Virus record (IMG/VR): IMGVR_UViG_2786546901_000002
Length of the DNA: 64,000 nucleotides
Source of the DNA: an uncultured virus (IMG/VR IMGVR_UViG_2786546901_000002)
Taxonomy: Duplodnaviria > Heunggongvirae > Uroviricota > Caudoviricetes
Reading direction: 5' to 3' (one strand)
The translations under genes and the position numbers were made by a program. The notes beneath the pieces are model-generated. The model saw only the letters and a list, made by a program, of their open reading frames with translations, was not told the origin of the DNA and did no database searches. Below, one piece after another: positions 30,198-40,437 of the stretch. The number at the start of each line of letters is the position of its first letter. Position 1 is the first letter of the stretch.

Positions 30198-31419
30198 ATT
30201 CTTCCTCCCTCAGGTCAAATAACCGTTCAAACTGGCCGATGACAGGGATACCGCCATATTTCCCCATCAGGTACTCCTTTTCGAAAGGTGCACTGTTGCG
30301 AACCTTGTATTCCGCCAACGAATAGAGTTCCGAGGCTCCAAACGAATCTTTCTGTGTAAACCAGATCTGATCCCTGCGGAACAGGCTTGCATTAAGCAGG
30401 TTGGTGTCATGTGTCGTGAAAATCAACTGTGCATTCCTGGGATTTGTCACTCTGGAATTGAACAGCCCGATGATGCGACTGGTCAACAGAGGGTGCATTT
30501 TCGAGTCGAACTCGTCGACAACCAGCCTTTTGCCATGATCCAACGCGTCGATTATAGGATAAGCCAGCGAGAAGTATTTGATCGTACCCTCCGACTCGTT
30601 TACGCGGAACGGGAAAGTGACCGTCTTCGTGGCGTTGCCCTCCTCGTCATATTGCTGGTGTGAACTGATGACTGTATTGTCAACCTTGCGTATGTCGTCG
30701 ATTCCGAAGTCTGCAAACCGGGCAAACTCCACAATACGCCTTTTCATGGACGGATCATCGATCTGGGCTATCGCCATTTCCCAAATCCGCTCGTCGCTGC
30801 TGCCAAGAACAATCGTGGTGTTGGCCAACCATCCCATGATTTCCACCGAGACGCTTTCGTTGAACTGTGCTGCCACGGAAAGAAGCAGCGCATTGTCGCG
30901 CACCATTTTTTTGGCGACAACCTCTTTGCCGACCGAAAATTTGGGATGCAGTTCATACTCATCGCCGTCACGCAGGAACAGTTCCACCTCCTTTGCCTTG
31001 CGCTTGTTGCCCTTTTGATAAAGCCACTCCCGGTGTACACGTTTTTCATCGACTTCAAACCCATAGCGGTATTGGACCGTTTCGTCGGCAAAGACCGCCT
31101 CAAAATAACTGGGCTCCTGTTCCGTCCTCCGGTTGAGACGGAAACTTTCCACCCGTATGCTTTCGCCGGACTGCACGCCTTTGGAGGAATTGATGACAAA
31201 CCATTTGAAGAAATCGAGCGCTTTGACTAGATTCGATTTCCCGCTGGCATTGGCCCCGTAGATGACCGCACTCTTCAGCAAAGAGAGGTTCGTACCTTCA
31301 AGCTCAAAAACAATCTCATCGGACCGGGTCTGTTTTTCTTTCAGCGCGGAAGCAGCCAAAGACAAGGTCGCCGGCTCCTTGAACGAAAGGAAATTTTCGA
31401 CTGTGAACTGAATAATCAT
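30172..31419 (-). CDS. RloA-like AAA/ABC ATPase
   Basis: GANASGKSN, ESEGT, VVDEFDSKMHP and QLIFTTH motifs; paired with rloB; TATATTTG -7 box at 31450-31457. Confidence 0.85.
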   Translation of the reverse strand: MIIQFTVENFLSFKEPATLSLAASALKEKQTRSDEIVFELEGTNLSLLKSAVIYGANASGKSNLVKALDFFKWFVINSSKGVQSGESIRVESFRLNRRTEQEPSYFEAVFADETVQYRYGFEVDEKRVHREWLYQKGNKRKAKEVELFLRDGDEYELHPKFSVGKEVVAKKMVRDNALLLSVAAQFNESVSVEIMGWLANTTIVLGSSDERIWEMAIAQIDDPSMKRRIVEFARFADFGIDDIRKVDNTVISSHQQYDEEGNATKTVTFPFRVNESEGTIKYFSLAYPIIDALDHGKRLVVDEFDSKMHPLLTSRIIGLFNSRVTNPRNAQLIFTTHDTNLLNASLFRRDQIWFTQKDSFGASELYSLAEYKVRNSAPFEKEYLMGKYGGIPVIGQFERLFDLREEEYGSTDEQA

Positions 31420-31953
31420 ATTATATCGCAGTTATATGTAAATTTTATGCAAATATAGGGGATATTTTTCATATATAGATGTTTTATCGGATCTCTTTTT
31501 GCGGTTATTTTCCTGCACGTGAAAATCAGACCGTTTTCGTTCTTGCAATGCTGCCCTGCAAAAGGCGACTGCAATTTTCCGAAGCGGCAACATCGGCTTG
31601 CGATTCATGCTCCCGATAGTGGAATTTGGGTGGAAAGACGCGAAATTCGCCACATCTTTCCCCTCAATGTGGTACAAATGTACCGTGTATCTGACAGGAG
31701 GGGTGTTACAAATGTAGCAACAATACTATAAGTAGTATTATACAAGAAGAAAGAAGAAAGATGTACTTTTTTCTTTGACGCAAAGAAAAAAGATACCAAA
31801 AAAGAAACAAATCATGACAGACGGCACGCCGTCTGTTTTTTTGTTTTTTTGAATCGGAAAGTGTTGAAAACGGATAAGATGAGGATTAAAGGACCACTTC
31901 CTCCCCAGATACAAGAGAGAGAAACAGAACGAATACCTTATACCGTCACCCTC

Positions 31954-32745
31954 TTACCGTCTGGCATCCTTGTCGCGGTTCAGCCTTACGACAGAGCGCA
32001 CGCAGTCACGTACCAGTTCGGCATCCCTCCGCTCCATGAAATAGTTCCCGCATTCCAACCGTTTCCTGTCCGCCGGCCTGTTGTTGTCCCTGCATTCACG
32101 GATTTCCAGTATGTCATTCAGGTAATAGTACTTGTCACCGCGTCTGACACGTGTTGCCAGCCGTTCGAGTTCCTTCAGCCGTCCGTTCCATGCAAGCCCT
32201 TTCTGGCGTAGAGCATCGGAAAGCCTGCTACGGCCACTGGTTCCGATAGGCAGTATCTGGAGATTCACCGCGTACCCGACTGTTTCATGCAGGGAATAGC
32301 GCAGGCTCCCGTCTTCGTCCAGCAGGCAATACAGCACAACACGTCCTTTTGCGTCGATTTCCTTGAAAGCCCCCAGTATTACATGCTCATCCAGGATACT
32401 GAGTTTTACCAACTGTCCGTCTTTGGGAGCATAGAGAGATTCCGAACATACACCCCGGCGCTTGTCCCATGCAAGATGGCCTTCGTTCAGCAGGCGTTGG
32501 AGGGCAATCTTTTGCTCTGCGCTCGCTTCCCGGCAATCATTCAGAAACATGACCGCGTCATCGGTAACGAGTTCTTTGCCCGCAGTCATCCTTACCGGAA
32601 CCGACACGCAATTACCCGTGACATCTCCCACAAGTCCGGTTTCCGATGTCCCACCGTTGAAGACGACCATTCCCTTGCGAATGGACGACCCACCCGTGCT
32701 GTCTTTCGGAATACTCCCGATTTTCTTCTTATGATATGATTCCAT
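31954..32745 (-). CDS. Hypothetical protein
   Basis: 263-aa ORF with two similar internal segments ending LAW. Confidence 0.55.
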   Translation of the reverse strand: MESYHKKKIGSIPKDSTGGSSIRKGMVVFNGGTSETGLVGDVTGNCVSVPVRMTAGKELVTDDAVMFLNDCREASAEQKIALQRLLNEGHLAWDKRRGVCSESLYAPKDGQLVKLSILDEHVILGAFKEIDAKGRVVLYCLLDEDGSLRYSLHETVGYAVNLQILPIGTSGRSRLSDALRQKGLAWNGRLKELERLATRVRRGDKYYYLNDILEIRECRDNNRPADRKRLECGNYFMERRDAELVRDCVRSVVRLNRDKDARR

Positions 32746-34525
32746 TCTTTCGATTCTTTATCCAGATATTTCCTGTAACAGCAAAATGCCATACTTCATA
32801 CATAAGTGGATACAATACGGCAAATATACGTATAATTCACCAAAAAGGCAGGTAACTGAACCCCATTTCTTCTGCATTTCCACGGTTTCCTGTATAAAGT
32901 CACAAAAACCGTACAAATAAGTCGGAATCCATGTGGATAGCTTCGTTCTGTATATTCTATATGATTAAGGAACAAAACATTACAAGATTGTCCGATTGTG
33001 AAAAGCATATCCGAACATACTGAATGACAGGAATACACATCCTCCTTTTCCGTCGTCCAATCCGGTTAAGAACAGTCAATATACCGACGTGTCTCTATAT
33101 ATTTTTTGATACGTTTTCAGCGTATCTAAAAAACAGCTTCAAGCCGGAACCCGGAAATCGTGCAGAAAGTCTGTACACCCGTGAAAATTGAAAGGACAGG
33201 CATCCACAAATGAGAATATTTCAAAAATATGGGACATGGTGAACACCAGCACCTTAAGCAACCATGATAAATACAAGTACTTTACTGTATATTTTTTGAT
33301 ACCTGCTTACAGTTTCAATCCGAAAGCCGCATTTTGAGCCGTTTTGGAAAACCGGACTTGAAAAAACGGCCCGAGGACAGAGACCGAATCCGCACCCGAG
33401 GGTACACCCTCCCCAATCTTTTTATTTTTATTACACCATTGAATATCAATAATTTATTAGGTTTACTTTTGTATAAAGTAAGCCTAAAAACGTCTTTTAC
33501 ATTATCTTTGCTTACAAATTGAAAGTAAAAAAATCTTTTCAGTCCTATTTTATCCATTTTAAGCAGCTAATAATCTGATAATCAATAGACAAAACTGATT
33601 TTGATTTTATACATACGTTGAAACGGGGCTTTTTTGATTTTTGCAAAGGAAAAATTTTTTTCAAAGAAAATCATTTTTTCTATTTTATTGATATTCAACT
33701 ATTTACAAATTCACTTCGCGCGCGTGCGTTCCATATTCGCAAAAAGGCTGTTTTTGGAACGTTCCAAATTTTTTTTCTCAAAAAGTTTTGCAGTTCTGAA
33801 AAACGGTTTTATAATAGTCATGTACTCGAAAGCCAAACAAACGGCAAACAAGTACGGAGAAAAACGAATAAAAAAATAGATAGTAAAAAACAGAATTAAA
33901 AAACAGAAAAGCAAAGACCGCCGAGAGCGAGAAACAAAAAGCCCTTTTTGTGGGAAACCTATTTTTGAGGCTTGGAAAATCAAAAATTCGCCTGTTCGCT
34001 TTGGAGCGATTAAATAGGGTGTTAAATAACCACACCGAGCAGGACTACAGACCAATGTAGCAAGTTGGAACGGCTAAAAACGTGTTTTTAGTCCGCATAC
34101 GCAAAGCACGCAAATTTGGGAGTGCGAGAGTTGTATGGAAAAAGGACGTGTAAGAATAATGCCATAATTGCGCCCTTGTGCGCTCGGAATAAAATGCACG
34201 ATAGCGGTAAAAACTATCCGCATAGAGGACGCTGGTAAATGTATATGCCAATGCTATACCCAATACCCAGCTCGGTGGTAACGCCTAAATGCCTCACCTT
34301 ACAGTTAGCTGCCGGATTGGGAAAGATCCGGGACGTGCCAGAGAAGCGTCTTGCCGAAATTGGAGTAAAGCAGCGCAGAGCCACGACACGAGTGATGCGT
34401 GAGTAAGCCGATACACGATATGCCGAAAATGCGCTCATTTGGATAGCCTGCTATGGGGTACGTTTTAAGTGCGACAAAGTTACGAAAAATTTTGCCGTGC
34501 AGGGTGAAATGCACGGCAAATTTTT

Positions 34526-34599
34526 GGGCGCGTGGCAGGAAATGCCACACTTTGCGCTATGGTGCAGAGTTCGGGGTTCGACTCCCCGAGTGCCCGCAA
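34526..34599 (+). ncRNA. tRNA-like cloverleaf element (non-canonical)
   Basis: Closing stem GGGCGC/GTGCCC encloses three hairpins; the last has a canonical T-loop TTCGACT. Confidence 0.5.
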
Positions 34600-34637
34600 T
34601 GCGTGATTTTGCGCAGTGTTTCTAAAATTTTATCATT

Positions 34638-35210
34638 ATGGCAACTTCTAAATTGAACAAGGAACAGTATGCAAACATCGGTTCGTTTGCAGGTATCATG
34701 TTGGTTTACAACTCTACCAACAAGGACGGTGAACTCGTGCAGACGGCACAGCACTTTTTCGGTGCGGACTTTGAGCCTGCCGACAAGTCGGACAACGAGA
34801 TTTTCCGTGTGATTAAAAACATGGTCGCAACTATGTGGCACACCATTGCGGAGGAAAAGAAACTGCGTGCCGATGCCGACGGCATACGCTCGAAATTCCG
34901 TGCCACAACCCCTGCGGAAATCATCATCTGCGAGAAGTCGGGAAATCGTATCAAGAAGTACGACCTTACCGACAGCGTTTGGGCGCGTATCGGTCTTGTG
35001 CCGACCAAAGTAGACCTCGAGAAGTCAAACCGTGATTTCCAAAAGACAATCCATGCCGCTGCAAAGGCTATCCGCAACGCCATGAATTTCGCCCCGAACC
35101 TCGCCAACCTCGAAAAGCCTGCCGAGAAAACGACCAAGACCGGCAAGGCTGAAAAGGTGGCGGAACAGCCTGCCGGAACGGTTGCCGATGAAAGCAAAAA
35201 GGCGGCATAA
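34638..35210 (+). CDS. Hypothetical protein with Lys/Ala/Glu-rich tail
   Basis: First gene of the right arm; followed by a terminator. Confidence 0.7.
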   Translation: MATSKLNKEQYANIGSFAGIMLVYNSTNKDGELVQTAQHFFGADFEPADKSDNEIFRVIKNMVATMWHTIAEEKKLRADADGIRSKFRATTPAEIIICEKSGNRIKKYDLTDSVWARIGLVPTKVDLEKSNRDFQKTIHAAAKAIRNAMNFAPNLANLEKPAEKTTKTGKAEKVAEQPAGTVADESKKAA

Positions 35211-35254
35211 GGGCAACGGAGTAACTGAAACCTGCCCGAAAAAGGCAAAAGGAC

Positions 35255-35295
35255 GGCAGGCAGCCCGCTGAACGTGTGGGACTGCCTGCCCTTTT
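35255..35295 (+). terminator. Intrinsic terminator
   Basis: GGCAGGCAG...CTGCCTGCC followed by CTTTT. Confidence 0.65.
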
Positions 35296-35917
35296 CGTAT
35301 CTGCCGTCGTAAGTGCGTGTTCTTGTGGCGTATGCCAAGAATACGCGCTTTTCATTTCGGGCGAAAGCAACTGTAACGTGATAGGCGAAAAGAATTTCCC
35401 GGCAAAAAACGGTGCCGGGACTGTACCTCCGCCGCAGGACGGGGAGTACACCGTGGACGACCTGAAGACCGCTCTGGAAGAGTCCGAGCGGTCGCTGCAT
35501 GATGCCGTCTTCATAGCCCGCCAAGTGTGGGAGAAGGACTGCGATGCCGTGAAGTTCGACATCGACGACCTTGTGCAGATAGAATCGGCATTGCAGGAGA
35601 TATGCAACATCACCGCCGGAATTGACAGCGGGGACGATGGCGAGTAACATGACGCGCATACGTGCTGCGGAAACTGCGGGGCGTGCGCGCTTTTTCGGGC
35701 ATTGATATACACTGTGTCAGGATTGCACCCTGAAATGCCCGCACTTTTCTAAAATTCCCTCCGATATGACTTCCTTGCGCCGTGAGGCGTTGTGCCTACC
35801 TTGTATATAACACGGTTAAGCACGGTCTGGCGTTCTGCGGAACCGCCTGCCGTGCTTCCGCTGTTATCCTATGCGGGGAAGCGGAGAACGGATGTGCCAA
35901 TAATAAAACGAATAAAT

Positions 35918-36310
35918 ATGATAGAAGTGTTTGACGCAAAGCGCACCCGCAGTTACGGGTGCTTTGCCAGTTTCAAGGCTGCCACCGATACGCTTGACAG
36001 CCTTGCCGCGACGGGACAGCTCGGAAGTGTGCCCGCTGTCAGCGTGGCGGCGTATTGCAGCGGCGTGTTACAACGGGAATATGAAGCGGTGTTTGTCGGT
36101 GGGAAATGGCGTGTGCCGAAATCTCCGAAAAGGCGGATGCCGGAAACGAGACCTGCCCGTGGGAGACGTCGGCGGAAATGGTGCAAGGAGTACGCTACGG
36201 CGGAGCTGATGTTCCGAGAAGGGTTTCCCGACCATTTGAACCGCAGTTATCCGCTCTCGGCGGACAGCCTGAGACGGTGCAACCGGAAATGCAGAATTTA
36301 TATGCAATAA
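35918..36310 (+). CDS. Hypothetical protein
   Basis: ATG after an A-rich leader. Confidence 0.5.
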   Translation: MIEVFDAKRTRSYGCFASFKAATDTLDSLAATGQLGSVPAVSVAAYCSGVLQREYEAVFVGGKWRVPKSPKRRMPETRPARGRRRRKWCKEYATAELMFREGFPDHLNRSYPLSADSLRRCNRKCRIYMQ

Positions 36311-36320
36311 TAAAAACGCA

Positions 36321-36584
36321 ATGAGTATGAAAACATTAGCAGACGTGAAACGGAAAATGACGCTTGGCTCGAAGTGGCGGTGTGTCCGGCTGTTCGAGGG
36401 CGGAAAAGACCTCGGCGTGCGTGAGGTCGGGAAAGTGCAGGGTAATGCCGTGGCATTCCTCAAACCCGACGGGAAACTCTCGTGGCTATGGTGGCCAAAG
36501 GCAAAGGACGTGCAGGTGGAAGAAAACGCCTTCACCGTGCTCCAGAACGGAGTGCCCAAGCTCAAGTACATCTATGCCGGATAG
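36321..36584 (+). CDS. Hypothetical protein
   Basis: 87 aa, A-rich leader. Confidence 0.6.
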   Translation: MSMKTLADVKRKMTLGSKWRCVRLFEGGKDLGVREVGKVQGNAVAFLKPDGKLSWLWWPKAKDVQVEENAFTVLQNGVPKLKYIYAG

Positions 36585-36626
36585 GTGTTCCGGAAAAAAT
36601 CATGCAAAATAATATGAATTAATAAT

Positions 36627-38190
36627 CCCTATGTTTACAATCAGGGTAAGCCGCGATGATAGCGGATAAATGAAAAAGCTATCGAGATTTTGGTTAGATT
36701 AAAGCTGCAAAACCTTTACTAACTAAAACGACGATAGCCATGAGAGAGCAAAGAAACAAAATTAGTTTCAGAGGACAAAAGATTTATGTAGGAATCGACG
36801 TCCATTTGAAGAGTTGGTCGGTTACGGTCTTGTCCGAAACCTCCGTATTGAAGAAGTTTAGCCAGCATCCGAGCCCAGAAGCGTTGTACGGATTTTTAAC
36901 TCGGAGTTATCCGGGCGCCGAGTATCACTCGGTGTACGAAGCGGGCTTCTGCGGATTTTGGATACACGAGCGTCTGACGGCCTTAGGGATCGACAACATC
37001 GTGGTCAATCCGGCCGACGTGCCGACCAAGAGCAGCGAAAAGCTGCGTAAGACCGACACCGTGGACAGCGGTAAGCTGGCGCGGAGTTTAAGAGCCAACG
37101 AGCTGAAAGGCATTTATACGCCGGACAGCGTATCGTTGGAGATGCGTTCCTTGATAAGATTGAAGAACTCGATAACCAAAGACACGACCCGTCAGAAGAA
37201 TCGGCTCAAGTCTCAACTTCGGTATTTAGGCATCGAGATTCCGCAGGAGTTTCTCACTCCGTTTTCCAACTGGTCGAAGCGCTTTTTCGCCTGGTTGAAG
37301 GAGATAGAGACGCTCACCCCGAGCGGCCGTCAGGCCCTCGACATTCATATCCGGCATCTGGAAGAGTTACGCCGTCAGAAACTGGAGATGACACGGGCTT
37401 TACGGACATTGGCCAAGACGGATCGATTCCGCGAACCGCTGCGGTTGATTATGAGCGTTCCGGGGTTCGGGCAGGCTACGGGAATGGCGTTCCTCTCCGA
37501 GATATGCGACATAACCCGCTTCCGCAATGCCGAACAACTGGCTGCCTATATCGGAATGATCCCGATGTGCCACTCCAGCGGAGAGAAAGATGGGACGGGG
37601 GATATTACCATACGAAAACACGCCGTTATGCGCTGTAACCTGATAGAAGCGGCATGGGTGGCGGTACGTCAAGACCCTGCGATGAACCTGTTCTATACGG
37701 AACAATGCAAACGGATGCCCAAGAGCAAAGCTATCGTAAAGGTCGCCCGCAAACTGGTAAACCGTCTATTCTTTGTGCTGAAACATCAGACCGAATATGT
37801 CAATAGTATCGTGTCATAGAGAAACCCTTCCGGTAAACGGATTTTCCCAGAGAGAATACTACATAGTTGTTGCGGCGTTAACGTCCGCTTAAAATAATCT
37901 GCTCCTCTGGCCTTTGTAAACTAATAAGGGATATGCGGCAGAGAGCTGACCGCTAAGGAAAATCTGTTTATCGAAGGATTTTTTCGGGTTCTGAAATCTC
38001 GGCTTTCGAGAGAGCCAAAGGTGTTAAGCACGATGTGCCTCCGCACCGGCTCGATCAAAGGCCGGCGGAGGCTCTCGTGCCTTGACCTTTGGCCGAGAAG
38101 TTCACCAAGAAATGCAATACGCTGTAAATAAGATAAAAACAAATTTAACCGAAAACTTTGATCCAATTTTATTTGGATTGTAACAGGAAA
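36627..38190 (+). mobile_element. IS110-family (IS1111-like) insertion sequence; ends approximate
   Basis: Transposase gene, subterminal inverted repeats TTACAATC (36635-36642) / GATTGTAA (38176-38183), long 3' noncoding end. Confidence 0.75.
36740..37819 (+). CDS. IS110-family transposase/recombinase (DEDD)
   Basis: GIDVH, YEAG, KTDTVD, VPGFG and SSGE motifs. Confidence 0.93.
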   Translation: MREQRNKISFRGQKIYVGIDVHLKSWSVTVLSETSVLKKFSQHPSPEALYGFLTRSYPGAEYHSVYEAGFCGFWIHERLTALGIDNIVVNPADVPTKSSEKLRKTDTVDSGKLARSLRANELKGIYTPDSVSLEMRSLIRLKNSITKDTTRQKNRLKSQLRYLGIEIPQEFLTPFSNWSKRFFAWLKEIETLTPSGRQALDIHIRHLEELRRQKLEMTRALRTLAKTDRFREPLRLIMSVPGFGQATGMAFLSEICDITRFRNAEQLAAYIGMIPMCHSSGEKDGTGDITIRKHAVMRCNLIEAAWVAVRQDPAMNLFYTEQCKRMPKSKAIVKVARKLVNRLFFVLKHQTEYVNSIVS

Positions 38191-38299
38191 ACAACTATGG
38201 GGGCGGAATGCCCCTATGCTTTTATAAACGGATAAAGAAAATGACAGAAATAACGAGAAAGCAGATATCTGGTCTGCGGGTAAAGATGTATTAACGGCT

Positions 38300-38512
38300 A
38301 TGGGAGAGGAACATAGAATCAACGAGATAAAAGGTGTCATCATCAGCCGTGCCCTGCTCAAGGAATACGGGTATGATGGCGATATGCCCACCGACAAACA
38401 GATGCAGGTCATCGGCAACGGGTTACTTGAATACTGGGGCGTAAGCGACGGTTTCAAGGAAGCCCTCGCCAGTACAATGGAGAACATGTTCGGTGTAAAA
38501 GCAAAAGATTAG
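38300..38512 (+). CDS. Hypothetical protein
   Basis: Small ORF in a co-directional run. Confidence 0.5.
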   Translation: MGEEHRINEIKGVIISRALLKEYGYDGDMPTDKQMQVIGNGLLEYWGVSDGFKEALASTMENMFGVKAKD

Positions 38513-38516
38513 GTCT

Positions 38517-38756
38517 ATGGAAACGAAAGAACTTACTACCCACCAGCGTGGTGTTATTCTACGCGGCATCTGCGGCGGGGCTGCATTGAAAGACAAGTCG
38601 CCGCAAATATCTGAAAACAATACCGTCATAACCTGCGCCGGAGGGTTGGAGATTTGGGACATCTGCTGCATCAGCAGTGATGCCGAAGCCTTCGGCCTGA
38701 AACCGTCCTTCGGTTATGACGGGCACACGAGAATCACTTTCACCCCCAAAGAATAA
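38517..38756 (+). CDS. Hypothetical protein
   Basis: Tightly packed co-directional ORF. Confidence 0.55.
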   Translation: METKELTTHQRGVILRGICGGAALKDKSPQISENNTVITCAGGLEIWDICCISSDAEAFGLKPSFGYDGHTRITFTPKE

Positions 38757-38761
38757 GCGGA

Positions 38762-39289
38762 ATGAAATCATATTACTACTTGGACTACCTGCACCGTGAA
38801 ATCTTCCTTGAAGAGGAGGATATTCAGACCGTTCCGGAATCAGGCAGGGCGGACGATGCCTGTTCCGCCATTGCCGAAAAGCCGTATGTCGTGGAGCAGT
38901 TCATGGCGGACTCTTTCCGGACACTCAAAGATGTGGCCAGCCGCCTGTGCGATTCCCCTGATATTAAAAGCCGCCACGATGCGCTGATGTATATCGTGTG
39001 GAGGGTGGCACTGGACATCAAGGAGTGGCGGACTCTGAGCCATAGCGAAGCCGCCGTCAAGGTAACCCGTGAGGACGGTTTCGTGTGGCTGCTTGTATCG
39101 GCGGAAAATGCCCGGAAGCTATGGGAGGCAGACGTATTCTCCCTGTACAGGCTTTATGCCGATGATTCGGAATCCCTGATCGAAAGCGAGGCGGAGCTGG
39201 AATCGACCATCAAGGGCGGATACCAGATAGGTATCGAGGTGGGGTTCGCCTCTGTAATGGACCATGCCGCCCGGATGAAGCAACAATAA
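38762..39289 (+). CDS. Hypothetical protein
   Basis: Tightly packed co-directional ORF. Confidence 0.6.
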   Translation: MKSYYYLDYLHREIFLEEEDIQTVPESGRADDACSAIAEKPYVVEQFMADSFRTLKDVASRLCDSPDIKSRHDALMYIVWRVALDIKEWRTLSHSEAAVKVTREDGFVWLLVSAENARKLWEADVFSLYRLYADDSESLIESEAELESTIKGGYQIGIEVGFASVMDHAARMKQQ

Positions 39290-39329
39290 AAATCGGAAAC
39301 AATCAAATAACGAAATCAAGAAGAAAGGT

Positions 39330-40427
39330 ATGGAAACAACATTATTGACAAAGGAAAATGCCCATCGTGTGACCATGGTGCGGCGTGTGGATGCCCCGGA
39401 AAGCGAACCGGTAGCGTTTCTTTTCAGGGGAAAGAGACACGGGTATTGCAGCTATTCCCATCTTGTAGGGAATCCGGGCAAGGAAGAAATCCTCGCCCCG
39501 GCGGACTTCAAGGACTGGGAAGTTGTGGAAGTGGCGCACCCGGGCTATCTGGAAGAATATTTCAAGCAGGCGTGCAGCTCCTACAACCTCACCTCCTTCT
39601 CACCCGACGAGCGGGGTGAGTCAGACATCGCCTCGCACGAAAAGGAACTGCACGAGGATTTGCAGTCGATGCCCGAGCAGCAGCGGGAACGTTACATGGA
39701 AAACTACAAACGCTATTTCTCTGCCATGATCGCCGCCAACAGCCGTTGTGCCAGCGCGATGATTACGGGACCTGCACGCTTCAACACGGGCCGCAACGAA
39801 AAGGCCTGCAACAGCCACGCCAAGAGCGTCACGGCGTTCCGGGAATGGCGAGAACGTGCACTCGAAGCGATTCGCAAGGCTACCGAAGCGGCCAAGCCCG
39901 AAGAACAGCGTCTCGAGGAGGAGTGGCAGAAGGTCAAAGCCTTTATCGACGATGCCGCCTCGACCATTCACGGTATCGATACGGGTACGGCACGAGGCTA
40001 TAGCCGGGCTCTCTTCGTCAGCAACCTCGCCGGGCGACTCTCCACCTATGTCAACCATGGCAACGTGGAAATCATCGACCGTGCCGTCGCTCGTCTGCGA
40101 GAGTGGAACGACAAAGTCAAGAAACCTGTCGTCACGGCACGCCATTCAATCTTCAAGTATCCCGAACTCGTCCGCAAGGTGCGGGAAAAGCAGCAGGAAC
40201 GGGCAAGCCGTGAAAATCGTGAGATTCCGTTCGATGGCGGCAAGGTGGTCTACAACTTCGAAGAAGACCGCCTGCAAATCCTCTTCGACAAAATACCCGA
40301 TACCGATATGCGTACGACCTTGAAGCGTAACGCTTTCAAGTGGGCGCCACGCAACCAGGCATGGCAGCGCCAGCTCACCCGCAATGCCGAATATGCCGCC
40401 GGTCAGGTGTTGAAAATAACCATTTAA
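39330..40427 (+). CDS. Hypothetical protein with a mobile-element 'polyvalent protein'-like domain
   Basis: SAMITGPARF and C-terminal RLQILFD..PD...R..LKRNAFKWAP...AWQRQLT. Confidence 0.6.
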   Translation: METTLLTKENAHRVTMVRRVDAPESEPVAFLFRGKRHGYCSYSHLVGNPGKEEILAPADFKDWEVVEVAHPGYLEEYFKQACSSYNLTSFSPDERGESDIASHEKELHEDLQSMPEQQRERYMENYKRYFSAMIAANSRCASAMITGPARFNTGRNEKACNSHAKSVTAFREWRERALEAIRKATEAAKPEEQRLEEEWQKVKAFIDDAASTIHGIDTGTARGYSRALFVSNLAGRLSTYVNHGNVEIIDRAVARLREWNDKVKKPVVTARHSIFKYPELVRKVREKQQERASRENREIPFDGGKVVYNFEEDRLQILFDKIPDTDMRTTLKRNAFKWAPRNQAWQRQLTRNAEYAAGQVLKITI

Positions 40428-40437
40428 TCCAGTGCCC

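Noticed and set aside
33788..33815. Sigma70-like TTGCAG-N16-TATAAT promoter
   Set aside because: Easily arises by chance in AT-rich DNA and is not the Bacteroidetes consensus.
34526..34599. Functional tRNA gene
   Set aside because: It has a 4-nt loop in place of the anticodon loop, no canonical D-arm and no CCA; kept only as a tRNA-like element.
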